IMG/VR virus record: IMGVR_UViG_3300031774_000009
Coordinates: 1-62,937 of that record
DNA from: a virus
Taxonomy: Duplodnaviria > Caudoviricetes
Strand: one strand, 5' to 3'
Length of the DNA: 62,937 bases
Shown here: one piece after another, positions 7,011 to 16,220 of the stretch
Layout of the letters: each line of letters begins with the position of its first letter
Numbering within the stretch: the first letter of the stretch is position 1
Program-made: the position numbers and the translations under genes
Notes under the pieces: model-generated
The model's database searches: none
Told to the model about the DNA's origin: nothing
Seen by the model: the letters and a program-made list of their open reading frames with translations, nothing else

Positions 7011-7090
7011 CTGAAAAAAGGATAGCAGAACCACAGAAAAATACAAGCTAAATCGACAAAATAATTCATTTTAATTTAGCCCCTATTCTG

Positions 7091-7106
7091 GCAGGTTCCA
7101 TGCCAA
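7091..7106 (-). promoter_or_regulatory. possible sigma54 (-24/-12) promoter facing the early region
   Basis: minus strand TTGGCATGGAACCTGC, GG-N10-GC spacing. Confidence 0.35.
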
Positions 7107-7268
7107 CCCCCCCCATTTTTTGAAATTTTAGAGTATTCTTTTGTTATAATAACGGCCGGGGGTGGTATTTTTCAATATTGCCACCCAAACTGAACAAAAC
7201 AAAAATTTAGTAAATTAAAAAAATCGGCGGCCCTATTTAAATTCAAACAAAAAAATATATAATCAACG

Positions 7269-8024
7269 ATGATCATCTCTAATCCTCAATACGACTGGCG
7301 CGAAAGCAACTGTAAAACTTTCGGTATGGAGGGCATAGACGAATATTTATACGAAAATTATTTAAAAAATATTGAAAAAGGGTTTTATATAGAATGCGGG
7401 GCCGCTAATGGAATAGAACAAAGCAATACCGCCGCTCTTAATTTTCATTATGGATGGAAAGGTCTTTTGATTGAACCCAATCCTTTTCAATACAAAAATA
7501 TGTCAAAACTAAGACACGATTGTTTTGCTTCTAATTGCGCTCTTGTATCCCATGAATACACAGAAGATTACATAGAAGGTTTTTTTGGCGCAGACCCGCG
7601 CTACCTTCAGGGACCAATACCCCTCTCTGAAATCAAACATTTATTAGAAAATAAGGAAGAGCTTGCTTTATACAATAACGCACCTCAAGATGCGATGTGC
7701 GGTCAAATCAAAACAAACCATGATTACGACAAAAAAAGATATTCAGATTCTACGCAAGCCCTTGAGGTGCCTGCGAAAACATTAGATTGGGTTTTGGACT
7801 CCTATGCAATAAAAAAGGCTGACTTTTTCTCGTTAGATGTGGAAGGATATGAAGTGGAAGTATTAAAAGGTTGGTCTCCCTTCAAATACCCGATTCGATA
7901 CGTCTTGATTGAAACACCATCAGAATCAAGCGTTAAAAACGACATTATTAAACAATACATGACACAACATCATTATAAAATTGAAGAAAAAATACAACAC
8001 AACACATTGTATTCTTTATCTTAA
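7269..8024 (+). CDS. FkbM-family methyltransferase
   Basis: GFYIECGAANGIEQSNT...WKGLLIEPNP...DFFSLDVEGYEVEVLKG. Confidence 0.9.
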   Translation: MIISNPQYDWRESNCKTFGMEGIDEYLYENYLKNIEKGFYIECGAANGIEQSNTAALNFHYGWKGLLIEPNPFQYKNMSKLRHDCFASNCALVSHEYTEDYIEGFFGADPRYLQGPIPLSEIKHLLENKEELALYNNAPQDAMCGQIKTNHDYDKKRYSDSTQALEVPAKTLDWVLDSYAIKKADFFSLDVEGYEVEVLKGWSPFKYPIRYVLIETPSESSVKNDIIKQYMTQHHYKIEEKIQHNTLYSLS

Positions 8025-8067
8025 AATTTTCCTTGACAATCCAAGCGACAGCAAACAAACTACTCAC

Positions 8068-8880
8068 ATGACGAAGTTATATTCATTTTGTGCAATTATT
8101 ATTACCACCGTTTCTTTAACGGCCGGACCAACCATAACCCACGGAACATCAACTTATACTTTAGTTAATGATAAGCCATACACATGGCATGAAGCAAAAG
8201 TTAAAGCAGAAAGTTTAGGAGGACATTTAGCAACAATAACCTCTAAAGAAGAAAATGATGTTGTTTTCAATAAATTAAATTTAAATGGTCTGAATCCATG
8301 GCTTGGAGCTACAGATGAAAAATCTGAAGGTCAATGGCGTTGGATTACAGGAGAAACATGGACTTATACCAATTGGGGTGGCCATGGTAATGATAATGCC
8401 AATGGCAATGAACACTACCTTCATTTTCATGCTTATTTCCCTTCTCAATGGGGTGACCACAAATCAGTGATGTTTCACACTGTCGGTGACGGCAAGGGGT
8501 GTTTTATATTAGAGACACCACACAAACAAATTATTAACAATAAACCAAATACGTATGAATTAACAAAATTTATTCCTTCTGGTTTTTCTATGATACAAAT
8601 ACCCTTCTCGTATCAAAATAATTCTATACAGGCTATTTTCGGGGCTGGCCATGATTTTGTGATATATGAATATACTTTCACAAAAGACTTTTTTCACGGC
8701 GAATGGGTAATTAACGCTTACGACTCTGACTTTGAGGAATGGGACTATCCATCACATGTTTTACCTGCCGGCACGGCAGTTTGGATACTAAATAATTCTC
8801 CCTTTGTTAAAATGATAGAATTCAAGGGTCACATCCCTAAAAATTGGAAAAACGTAAAATCCACTGTAAGAATTCCTTAA
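8068..8880 (+). CDS. secreted C-type lectin domain protein
   Basis: signal-like N-terminus; TWHEAK..AESLGGHLATITSKEEN...WLGATD..SEGQWRWITGE.W.YTNW; start moved to ATG 8068 behind TTGACA-N17-CAAACT. Confidence 0.8.
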   Translation: MTKLYSFCAIIITTVSLTAGPTITHGTSTYTLVNDKPYTWHEAKVKAESLGGHLATITSKEENDVVFNKLNLNGLNPWLGATDEKSEGQWRWITGETWTYTNWGGHGNDNANGNEHYLHFHAYFPSQWGDHKSVMFHTVGDGKGCFILETPHKQIINNKPNTYELTKFIPSGFSMIQIPFSYQNNSIQAIFGAGHDFVIYEYTFTKDFFHGEWVINAYDSDFEEWDYPSHVLPAGTAVWILNNSPFVKMIEFKGHIPKNWKNVKSTVRIP

Positions 8881-8889
8881 TTTAAAAAA

Positions 8890-9609
8890 ATGGCTAAAGA
8901 AGTACAAGACAATGTTCGAGAAGAAGAATTGCGTGCTTTATTTGGTTTAACCAAAGATGAATCTACTGGTCGAAGCGGAGTTGACGCTTATTTAGATTTA
9001 AATAATACTAAATATGAGTTTGAGCTAAAATCAACAACCACCGGCAACGTAACAACAGTTCGTGACTTTGGCTTGTCTCATATAGAAAAATGGAAAAACA
9101 AGCATTGGATTATTGGCTATTATTCTAATTTGCAAATTCTTCAATATGCAATATACGCCCCGCCTTCGTTCATGAAGCAATGGATTGATGAAAAGCAAAA
9201 TTATATTGAACTTGATTTTAAGTTTGCCGCGTTAATACCTGAGAGTGTGACTATGAAGCATTTTAATGCTTTATTGCCCAACAAAAGTAGATATACATTA
9301 CAAGACGCAAAATTCATCCACAAAAAGCAGTACAGCAAGGAAAAGTATAAATCAATGATGGATCTTCATAATGGATACTCAAAAGAGCGCATGCTTGAGA
9401 TTATGCAAGACAGAATACGTTATTTAATCCAACGAGGTTCTACTTTGAATAATCCTCACATTCCAGCTAATTATTTCAAAGAGTTTCCTGCTCAATACTT
9501 CATAAAAGATGATTTTCAAAAAAACTTACAAAAGTTAATGAATAATCATTCTTCTCAAATAAAATCTCCTAATTTAAATAGAATGAGTCAGCAGTCTGAA
9601 TTATTTTAG
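8890..9609 (+). CDS. PD-(D/E)xK restriction-endonuclease-like protein
   Basis: SGVDAYLD...FELKST pattern typical of type II REases. Confidence 0.55.
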   Translation: MAKEVQDNVREEELRALFGLTKDESTGRSGVDAYLDLNNTKYEFELKSTTTGNVTTVRDFGLSHIEKWKNKHWIIGYYSNLQILQYAIYAPPSFMKQWIDEKQNYIELDFKFAALIPESVTMKHFNALLPNKSRYTLQDAKFIHKKQYSKEKYKSMMDLHNGYSKERMLEIMQDRIRYLIQRGSTLNNPHIPANYFKEFPAQYFIKDDFQKNLQKLMNNHSSQIKSPNLNRMSQQSELF

Positions 9610-9760
9610 TTTTTTTTTATTTGGAGAGCAAAAATATTTTAAAAAATTAAATTTTATTATAACAAGGTGTTTTTGCGCTCAAAAGGTGCTATGCACCGCT
9701 CTGAGCACAAAGAAATGTTGTTTAAGGCAAATATCGTGTAATCTTTTAAGGGAAGTGATA

Positions 9761-9880
9761 ATGAAAATCAACGGCGATAAAATACTTTATATTATAGGAT
9801 GGATAGCTATTAGTCCCTTTATACTAAAAGATGCAATAGTGATAGGAGTAAAATGGGTATACAAAAAAATAAAAAAATAG
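9761..9880 (+). CDS. small membrane protein
   Basis: hydrophobic 39-aa ORF behind a GTGTAA motif. Confidence 0.4.
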   Translation: MKINGDKILYIIGWIAISPFILKDAIVIGVKWVYKKIKK

Positions 9881-10032
9881 ATGTATGGGGAATTTTTTCT
9901 GGTGTTGTAGCTATTGTTATCGTCATAATATTTCATTACGCTTTTAATGTTGGAGGGATAGAAGAAAGCCCTAAAAAAGAAAGGCATAACCCAGATTTAC
10001 CTCTTCAAAGATACGGATCAGGAGTAAGATGA
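9853..10032 (+). CDS. 59-aa membrane protein (MGIQKNKKIDVWGIFSGVVAIV...)
   Basis: AGGAG before the ATG, one TM segment, ATGA overlap with the next gene; not in ORF track. Confidence 0.5.
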   Translation: MGIQKNKKIDVWGIFSGVVAIVIVIIFHYAFNVGGIEESPKKERHNPDLPLQRYGSGVR

Positions 10033-10340
10033 AAATTTTAATAACTATCTTAATAATTGTCATGAGCACCGGCTGTGCATCATGGGGATGGGAATCAGTT
10101 GACTCCCATCATCATCGTCATTGGGAATATGATCACGTAGATGTACTTACTCATCATTATTACGACTACGGTCATCACCATCGTTATAAAGGGCGACATT
10201 CGCACAAAAAGAGAGCTTCACGGCCTTTACCAACATCACGGCCTCCTGTACCCCCTCGACGGCCTATAAGCCCTCCTACGAGATCTATTAGTAAAGGGAT
10301 TCCTAGCGACAGGGTGCCATCAAAGAGGAACGAAAAGTAA
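10029..10340 (+). CDS. His/Pro-rich putative lipoprotein
   Basis: MKILITILIIVMSTGC lipobox-like, His-rich middle, Pro/Arg-rich tail. Confidence 0.55.
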   Translation: MKILITILIIVMSTGCASWGWESVDSHHHRHWEYDHVDVLTHHYYDYGHHHRYKGRHSHKKRASRPLPTSRPPVPPRRPISPPTRSISKGIPSDRVPSKRNEK

Positions 10341-10369
10341 GTTCGACTAAACATTTTAAAGATAATATT

Positions 10370-10621
10370 ATGGCAGACATAAAAGACAAACTAGCGGAAA
10401 ACGTAGAAGGTAGATATTTTGTAGATTCTGAATGTATAGATTGTGATGCATGTAGAGAATCTGCTCCAAACAATTTTACCAGAGAACCAGACGAAGGTTA
10501 TTCATACGTCTTTAAGCAACCAGTAAACGAAGAAGAAGAAAAAGAATGCAAGGAAGCAATGGATACCTGCCCTGTAGAGGCTATAGGAGTTTGTTGCGGA
10601 ACATCCTGCGGGTGTCACTAA
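10370..10621 (+). CDS. ferredoxin (single-cluster 4Fe-4S/3Fe-4S type)
   Basis: YFVDSECIDCDACRESAP...CKEAMDTCPVEAIG. Confidence 0.9.
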   Translation: MADIKDKLAENVEGRYFVDSECIDCDACRESAPNNFTREPDEGYSYVFKQPVNEEEEKECKEAMDTCPVEAIGVCCGTSCGCH

Positions 10622-10622
10622 C

Positions 10623-10847
10623 ATGAGTTTTCCTTGTAAAGGCTACAAAGAGCTTGCTGAAGATTGCCCGGAGATTCCAGATAATACTTGTCCTCATATA
10701 GATAAAGCTCAAGACTACTTAGAAGAGTTGCGTGATCAAAATGAAGCGCTGCGAGAGGTGGGTAAATACTGGAGAACCACAGCAATGCATTTATTACAAG
10801 AATGTTGTAGCCTTAATAGGTACATTCGGGAACTAGAGGAGAAATAG
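10623..10847 (+). CDS. hypothetical protein
   Basis: P.IPDNTCPHID...LEELRDQNEALR helical ORF. Confidence 0.6.
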   Translation: MSFPCKGYKELAEDCPEIPDNTCPHIDKAQDYLEELRDQNEALREVGKYWRTTAMHLLQECCSLNRYIRELEEK

Positions 10848-10864
10848 TGTAATATACATATATT

Positions 10865-11263
10865 ATGGAAGAGGCAAAAGTCAACGACAATACAAGTTTA
10901 GGTATTAATTTAAAATGGTTAGTCCAAATTATAGTAGTAGCAGCAATGGCGGTGTGGGGTTATTTTGGAATTACTTCAAAAATATCTCAATTAGAGATCG
11001 ATGTATTAAGAATGAAAGACGCGGTAGAAATGAATTCTGATTTTAGAGTAAAATGGCCCCTTGGGCAATTAGGAGCATTACCAGATGACGCTGAACAAAA
11101 TATGCGTTTAAGATTTATAGAAAAAGATATAGAGGTTATGGAGGCTCACGTCGACACCCTCCGAATCAAATCCGTACAACAAGAAGAGCTACACAATCCC
11201 CCTCATCCTTTTATGCCTCAAACACCCCCTTTAAACCATAAAGAAGCGGGCGGAGTAAGATAA
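10865..11263 (+). CDS. membrane-anchored coiled-coil protein
   Basis: one TM segment followed by a heptad-like region; GTGTAA upstream. Confidence 0.6.
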   Translation: MEEAKVNDNTSLGINLKWLVQIIVVAAMAVWGYFGITSKISQLEIDVLRMKDAVEMNSDFRVKWPLGQLGALPDDAEQNMRLRFIEKDIEVMEAHVDTLRIKSVQQEELHNPPHPFMPQTPPLNHKEAGGVR

Positions 11264-11628
11264 TGGAGTTTCATTCGTATTTAAAACAGCTTAGACTAGT
11301 ACGGTTTAAGGACACCAAAAAACTATGCATGATGCTGGGTGTCTCAAAACAGGAATGGCGCAAAATTGAACGCGGAATAAACCCTCCTCCCCGAAGATCG
11401 CTATTAAACAAGTTTTGCGTTTTGACAGCCGCCTTAAGCTATGAACAGGCTCAGCTTTTTGCATTGGCTAAAAAATGGAAACCTCACGCAGACACAAATA
11501 CAGATAATCATATCTTATTAGACCCGAAGTCTAGAGCTATAGATTTCCCCTCTATACAAGAATGGAGAGAAGCCATGATAAAAGAAAATACCCCAGACTA
11601 CGAACACAAGCACTGGGGGAGGCGATGA
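11263..11628 (+). CDS. XRE-like helix-turn-helix protein
   Basis: FHSYLKQLRL...LCMMLGVSKQEWRKIERGINPPP. Confidence 0.65.
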   Translation: MEFHSYLKQLRLVRFKDTKKLCMMLGVSKQEWRKIERGINPPPRRSLLNKFCVLTAALSYEQAQLFALAKKWKPHADTNTDNHILLDPKSRAIDFPSIQEWREAMIKENTPDYEHKHWGRR

Positions 11629-11664
11629 ATTGTTAGATTTGGTTAAACAAAGAGTAAACTCACG

Positions 11665-12681
11665 ATGAAAATAGCATTTATAGATTTTTGGCCTAATTTT
11701 GAATTAGAGAATAATTATTTTTTTTATTTATTGAAGGATTCTTATAATTTGGAGATTAATCAAGTTGATCCAGATTTAATGTTTCTTCATACAGACTCTT
11801 ACCGCTTTTGCCATAGAAAAGAGTTTGTTGACCATCCGGCCACTCGAGTTTTTTGGACCATGGAAGGGGAACCTCCTAATTTTGAAGTTGATACCTATCC
11901 ACCCGACTTAAGTATAATAACCACGGGAGGTAAAGGCTACAATGACCCCAACTCTCAATTAACCAAACAATCAACCGATTTTTCAAGAAAATATTATTAC
12001 GGTCGTTGTGATTTTGCTTTAACTCATGAAGTCATGGACGATAGCCGTCATTATCGTTTTCCATATTGGGTTTATCATATTGATTGGTTCAATAAAGGAG
12101 ATTATGGAGGAGAACCAAATTATTTAGTGCGTGAAAATGAGATAAGCAATAATGTTTATTACAATACAGCTAAAACTAAATTTTGTGCAATTTTTATGAG
12201 TAATCCTACCTGTCAAAGATTAGAAGCATACAATAAGCTTAGTACATATAAACAAGTAGATGGTTATGGAAATAGTTTTAAGAGGGAGGCTGTCAGCCGC
12301 AATAAGTTTCAGGGAGTTAATGATCCGTGGGAAAAAAGAAAATTAGAAGTTTTAAAAGACTATCGTTTTTCAATTTGTTTTGAACATCAAGTAAGAGATG
12401 GTTATCATTCAGAAAAATTATTTCATGCAAAGGTAGCAGGTACAATTCCAATTTATTGGGGAGCCTCTACTGTTTCACAAGATTTTAATCCGGACTGTTT
12501 TATTAATTTAAATGATTTTGATTCAGTTGATGCTATGTTAGAAAGAGTCAAAGAAATCGATCAAAATGAAACTCTTTATCAGCAGTACGCTCAAGCCCCA
12601 TTATTCGTAGACAATAAAGTGCCTGATAAATTTAAGCCCGATGCTGTTTTAAACTTTTTTACAAATACTGTTTTAGCTTAA
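11665..12681 (+). CDS. glycosyltransferase family 10 (alpha-1,3/4-fucosyltransferase-like)
   Basis: KFCAIFMSNP...YRFSICFEH...GYHSEKLFHAKVAGTIPIYWG. Confidence 0.9.
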   Translation: MKIAFIDFWPNFELENNYFFYLLKDSYNLEINQVDPDLMFLHTDSYRFCHRKEFVDHPATRVFWTMEGEPPNFEVDTYPPDLSIITTGGKGYNDPNSQLTKQSTDFSRKYYYGRCDFALTHEVMDDSRHYRFPYWVYHIDWFNKGDYGGEPNYLVRENEISNNVYYNTAKTKFCAIFMSNPTCQRLEAYNKLSTYKQVDGYGNSFKREAVSRNKFQGVNDPWEKRKLEVLKDYRFSICFEHQVRDGYHSEKLFHAKVAGTIPIYWGASTVSQDFNPDCFINLNDFDSVDAMLERVKEIDQNETLYQQYAQAPLFVDNKVPDKFKPDAVLNFFTNTVLA

Positions 12682-13379
12682 GGGGCGTCTCGCCTACTTC
12701 TCTTATATTCATCATATCTTCTTTGTCTTTCATTGGAGTCAATTTTTTGACCCATTTGTTCTTGACCGCTTTGAAGCCTTTCTAGTCTTTCGAGAATATA
12801 TTTTTTTTTATCTTTATCTTCTACTTTTTCTAAATACTCTAACCCTCTTTTAATTATACTGGGGTCAATTTTGGGCCTACGTGACGGCACAGTGACGATT
12901 TGAGGTCGAGGGGTACTCGGGGTAGGGGAAGACTTCTTAATGTCCTTAGAGGAGCTTTTAGAGCCCTTAGACGACGTTTTGACGGTAGGAGCCTTTAAAA
13001 TTACGGTAGGAAGGCCGTGCGTCTTAAATGTAAGGTGTTGCTTGGTTCCTCTATTATCTATGAGGACAGATTTTTTTAAAATTTTAATTATGGTGATATT
13101 GTCTTGTTTTTCTCCTTCAGATAAGGATAAAAATTTATTGGTAGCACTTCCGCTTACTTTTAATGCTAAATAGGCTTTTGGCGAATGGTGACGGGTTATG
13201 CCTGTTAGATAGACGGGATCGGGAGGTAAGATAGATGTTATGGGAGGAAGAATGAATGCAGGAGAATCTGTGGTTAATTCAAAAGCATTTCTCTTGGAAA
13301 TAATTTGATAGGGATTTTCCGCCAATAAAGTACAAGTCCCCAATAAAAATATAAATGTAAATAATCTAAATATCACCAT
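12678..13379 (-). CDS. secreted/periplasmic protein, GspC/PilP-like
   Basis: signal peptide; NPY..I..RNAF...LTGIT...AYL...LSEGEKQDNITIIKI; Pro/Ser-rich tail. Confidence 0.45.
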   Translation of the reverse strand: MVIFRLFTFIFLLGTCTLLAENPYQIISKRNAFELTTDSPAFILPPITSILPPDPVYLTGITRHHSPKAYLALKVSGSATNKFLSLSEGEKQDNITIIKILKKSVLIDNRGTKQHLTFKTHGLPTVILKAPTVKTSSKGSKSSSKDIKKSSPTPSTPRPQIVTVPSRRPKIDPSIIKRGLEYLEKVEDKDKKKYILERLERLQSGQEQMGQKIDSNERQRRYDEYKRSRRDAP

Positions 13380-14181
13380 CGGCTTTTCTATATGAATCTT
13401 TTACTTTTCCGCCTCGCTTCATTTTTAAAAACATATTGACTCTTGCCATAGCCCATCCGCCACGACTCATGCCCGGTCTGTGAGAAGAAGAAAAAGCTCC
13501 TGCCCCTCTTCTGTATACTTTTTTAAGTTGCCCCAAAGTAACTTTTTTAGAATGTTTAGCATTATGTTCTTTGACTTTTTCTTTTAAAGATTTAACTATG
13601 CTTTCAGAGAACGTGATTTTACCTCCCCCACTTCCGGCGCTACCGGGTTTATTTTTACTAGAGCCTTTTTTTCTTTCACTTGGCTTGGCAGGAGTTTGTG
13701 CTGACGACTTAGGGCCGGGCCTAGAAGCAACTGCTTCGCAGCCGCATCCACTACCACACCCACAACCCTCTTCCTCTTCTTCTTCGTCAGGATCGTCAAC
13801 AAAAGCAAGAGAAGGATTGATAGATATGAGTTCATCTAAGTCAAAAAGAGTTTCGCCGTCCCACTCATTTATTAGATGTGAACCTTTAGTATAATCAGTT
13901 ACCGATTTTCCGGCCTCCCACATTTTGCAACTCCAATAACGAGCTTTGGTTTTAGGTCCCGGATTTGCGCAATTATGACGAGCACGAAAGTTTTTGCGAC
14001 GATCAGGATCGTCTCGTTTAATCTCCATATTAGGGTCACCAAAATTAACCTTCACCACATTCCCTTTTTCGTTTTTAACATATACTGAAAACTTTTTAGG
14101 GCCTTTAGGCGTTCGAAAGGGCTTATTCAATGTTTTACTCTCTTTTGCTTGAATAATCTGTTGAGTGAAATCTACTTCCAT
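13366..14181 (-). CDS. two-domain basic phage protein with Glu/Cys-Gly linker
   Basis: LNKPFRTPKGPKKFSVYVK...FGDP...RRKNFRARHNC...ARYWSC and VYRRGAGAFSSSHRPG...WAMARVN domains; start moved to ATG 14181. Confidence 0.7.
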   Translation of the reverse strand: MEVDFTQQIIQAKESKTLNKPFRTPKGPKKFSVYVKNEKGNVVKVNFGDPNMEIKRDDPDRRKNFRARHNCANPGPKTKARYWSCKMWEAGKSVTDYTKGSHLINEWDGETLFDLDELISINPSLAFVDDPDEEEEEEGCGCGSGCGCEAVASRPGPKSSAQTPAKPSERKKGSSKNKPGSAGSGGGKITFSESIVKSLKEKVKEHNAKHSKKVTLGQLKKVYRRGAGAFSSSHRPGMSRGGWAMARVNMFLKMKRGGKVKDSYRKADGDI

Positions 14182-14200
14182 ACTTATTATATACACATGG

Positions 14201-14521
14201 TTAGGTGAGTTTAGACATAATGAAATTTAAATTATCCCATGATATTCTATCTATTTTAAAATAAGGAGAGCGAGTTTTTGTTTCAGAAAGTCGAAGCCCT
14301 TTTATATTATATTCAGGATAAATGATTTCTTCAATAAAATCATGCATGCCAATTTTTTTTATCCAATGATAGTACATATCTACAGTTTCTCTTTCTGTTT
14401 CTAACAAGAATGACCTAGAGCGCCCAAAAGTATTTAAATATATACACAGGCCTCTTATCGCTAAACTTTCAGTAGGAGGCTCTACTATTCCGTCACAAAA
14501 GATTAAAGTGTCAGTCTCCAC
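14201..14521 (-). CDS. hypothetical protein
   Basis: 106-aa ORF, GTG start 8 nt behind GTGTAA. Confidence 0.6.
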   Translation of the reverse strand: METDTLIFCDGIVEPPTESLAIRGLCIYLNTFGRSRSFLLETERETVDMYYHWIKKIGMHDFIEEIIYPEYNIKGLRLSETKTRSPYFKIDRISWDNLNFIMSKLT

Positions 14522-14535
14522 ATAAATATTTACAC

Positions 14536-14568
14536 AAAAAAAACCTCCGGTAAAATACCGGAGGCTTT
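14536..14568 (-). terminator. rho-independent terminator after the OMP gene
   Basis: CCTCCGGTA-aaa-TACCGGAGG stem flanked by an A-run (T-run on the minus strand). Confidence 0.8.
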
Positions 14569-14589
14569 ATAAGTGTTTTAACGCTTTTA

Positions 14590-15315
14590 TTAGAAAGCGT
14601 ATTTAAGGCCAACCCAAACAGATGTCTGCTTATCAGCCTGCAAGCCAACAACATCCACATCATTATCAAGATGAGTGATTTTAATGTTAGGCTCAACGGT
14701 TGTACCCCATAATGAGACATCAGTAGAAATACCTACTCCGAATTGAGTATAATCGTATTCGTCACTAATACCCCATTTAACCGAGGGGGTGATTTTCCAA
14801 TCTTTATTGACAGCGGATACTTCCCAAGTTTTATGAAGCCCCCATGTTGCTCCTGTAAAACCGTAATCTACATCTTTCCACAGTGAAACAGAAGGAGTGA
14901 CCCACTCACTAATACCGATAGGGTCTTCTGTAACTTCAATAGTAGCTCCAACTGCGACGCTGCTATCAATAGCAGGATCAGCGATCTGATGACTACTGAT
15001 TCCACCTGAGGTTTTCAGACCGATATCTGCAATACTCCAACCTTTACTTACTCCAATATGGAAATGAGATTGAGTATCCTCTTCAGAAGCCAATAGATGA
15101 TAAGCCCCAGCGTTTATTGTGAGACCCCCTTTAACAGGGAATTTTCCATTGATTCCTGTGAGAAACCCATCTCCGCCATACGATAGACCGCGGATGTTGA
15201 TTTCATCTGCATAACCTGTAATAGCGCTAAAAGAAGGCTCCTCCGCCTGTACTTCTTGGACATTAGCAAATGCACAAGAACCGATTATTAACATTGTAAG
15301 AAATAATTTCTTCAT
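14590..15315 (-). CDS. outer-membrane beta-barrel protein (porin-like)
   Basis: signal peptide, alternating beta-strand pattern, C-terminal VGLKYAF BAM signal; own TTGACA-N17-TACTAT promoter and terminator. Confidence 0.8.
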   Translation of the reverse strand: MKKLFLTMLIIGSCAFANVQEVQAEEPSFSAITGYADEINIRGLSYGGDGFLTGINGKFPVKGGLTINAGAYHLLASEEDTQSHFHIGVSKGWSIADIGLKTSGGISSHQIADPAIDSSVAVGATIEVTEDPIGISEWVTPSVSLWKDVDYGFTGATWGLHKTWEVSAVNKDWKITPSVKWGISDEYDYTQFGVGISTDVSLWGTTVEPNIKITHLDNDVDVVGLQADKQTSVWVGLKYAF

Positions 15316-15462
15316 AATTTAAAAAAACCTTTAAAGGTAGGTCAAAACCTGCTAGAATAGTATGGTGTTAACATATCTTTGTCAAGTCCTTTATTTTACA
15401 CTTAAAAACATAAAATGAGTCAATTAAATGCTTTTGGTGTAAAATCTATAATTAACCGTTCT

Positions 15463-15603
15463 ATGCATTTTCCAGACAATAAAAAAAACTACCCTTCAAA
15501 AAAGCTAGCGCAAAAAGGAGAGGTCGTATTATCAGAAGAAGGAGAAAAAATTAGAGAAGAAGATTATAAAGAAGAAGAGGAAGAAGACACTCCTTTAAAA
15601 TGA
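15463..15603 (+). CDS. small acidic hypothetical protein
   Basis: probable start MHFPDN behind GTGTAA; overlaps the next start. Confidence 0.4.
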   Translation: MHFPDNKKNYPSKKLAQKGEVVLSEEGEKIREEDYKEEEEEDTPLK

Positions 15604-16202
15604 AAAATTTTTCTTTTATTTTAGATAAAGCGCTAGAGGAAAAAGATTTCTTTGAGCATAAAAATTATTTACAAAATTCGGCTATTTACGAAATGATCGA
15701 GGCAGATGGGGACAAGAAATTTTATACAACAAAAATTCCATATGGATTGCAAGAAAAGATAGTAGAAATATTAGAGAGAGTGTGGAACCAAAAAATTAAA
15801 ATTGTCTTAGCTACTGTTCGTAAAGCTACATACTATTTAGATAAAAATTGGGGCATTCATTCAGATCTTTATGTGGGGGCAGAAGAGAGACCTCAATATG
15901 GGGCCGTCCTTTACATGTCACAAAACGAAAGTGAATTAAACGGCACCGCATTATGGAGACATAAAGACTTAGGTTATCAAATGCCTACAGATTGGCCTAA
16001 GGAACATGTCGTGGAAATATCAGATCGAGACTATGATGACATTGATAAGTGGGAATTAAATTCAGTAATTGGCGGCATCGAAAATAGATTGGTTTCTTAT
16101 CCATCTGAATATTTTCATTCTAAGTTTCCCAAGCAAGCATGGGGAACAACACAAAAAGATTGTCGAATTGTATGTGCTATATTTTATTCTTTACAGAATT
16201 GA
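15600..16202 (+). CDS. 2OG-Fe(II) oxygenase-like protein
   Basis: IHSD (HxD)...AVLYM...GTALWRHK...NRLVSY...FHS...R. Confidence 0.75.
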   Translation: MKNFSFILDKALEEKDFFEHKNYLQNSAIYEMIEADGDKKFYTTKIPYGLQEKIVEILERVWNQKIKIVLATVRKATYYLDKNWGIHSDLYVGAEERPQYGAVLYMSQNESELNGTALWRHKDLGYQMPTDWPKEHVVEISDRDYDDIDKWELNSVIGGIENRLVSYPSEYFHSKFPKQAWGTTQKDCRIVCAIFYSLQN

Positions 16203-16220
16203 AAAAATGGATACTATTAA

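Larger units (their letters stand above)
88..7050 (-). promoter_or_regulatory. array of about 13 sigma70-type promoters driving near-leaderless genes
   Basis: TTG(A/C)(C/T/A)(A/T)-N16/17-TA(T/G/A)ACT-like boxes 8-13 nt before ATGs at 90, 412, 673, 1012, 2204, 2404, 2603, 4464, 6212, 6408, 6727 and 7010, plus one at ~5648-5676. Confidence 0.8.

Noticed and set aside
38-7014. plus-strand ORFs and upstream-extended minus-strand ORFs in the early region
   Set aside because: They are shadows of minus-strand genes, or they run through promoters and repeats; starts were reassigned to the promoter-proximal ATGs
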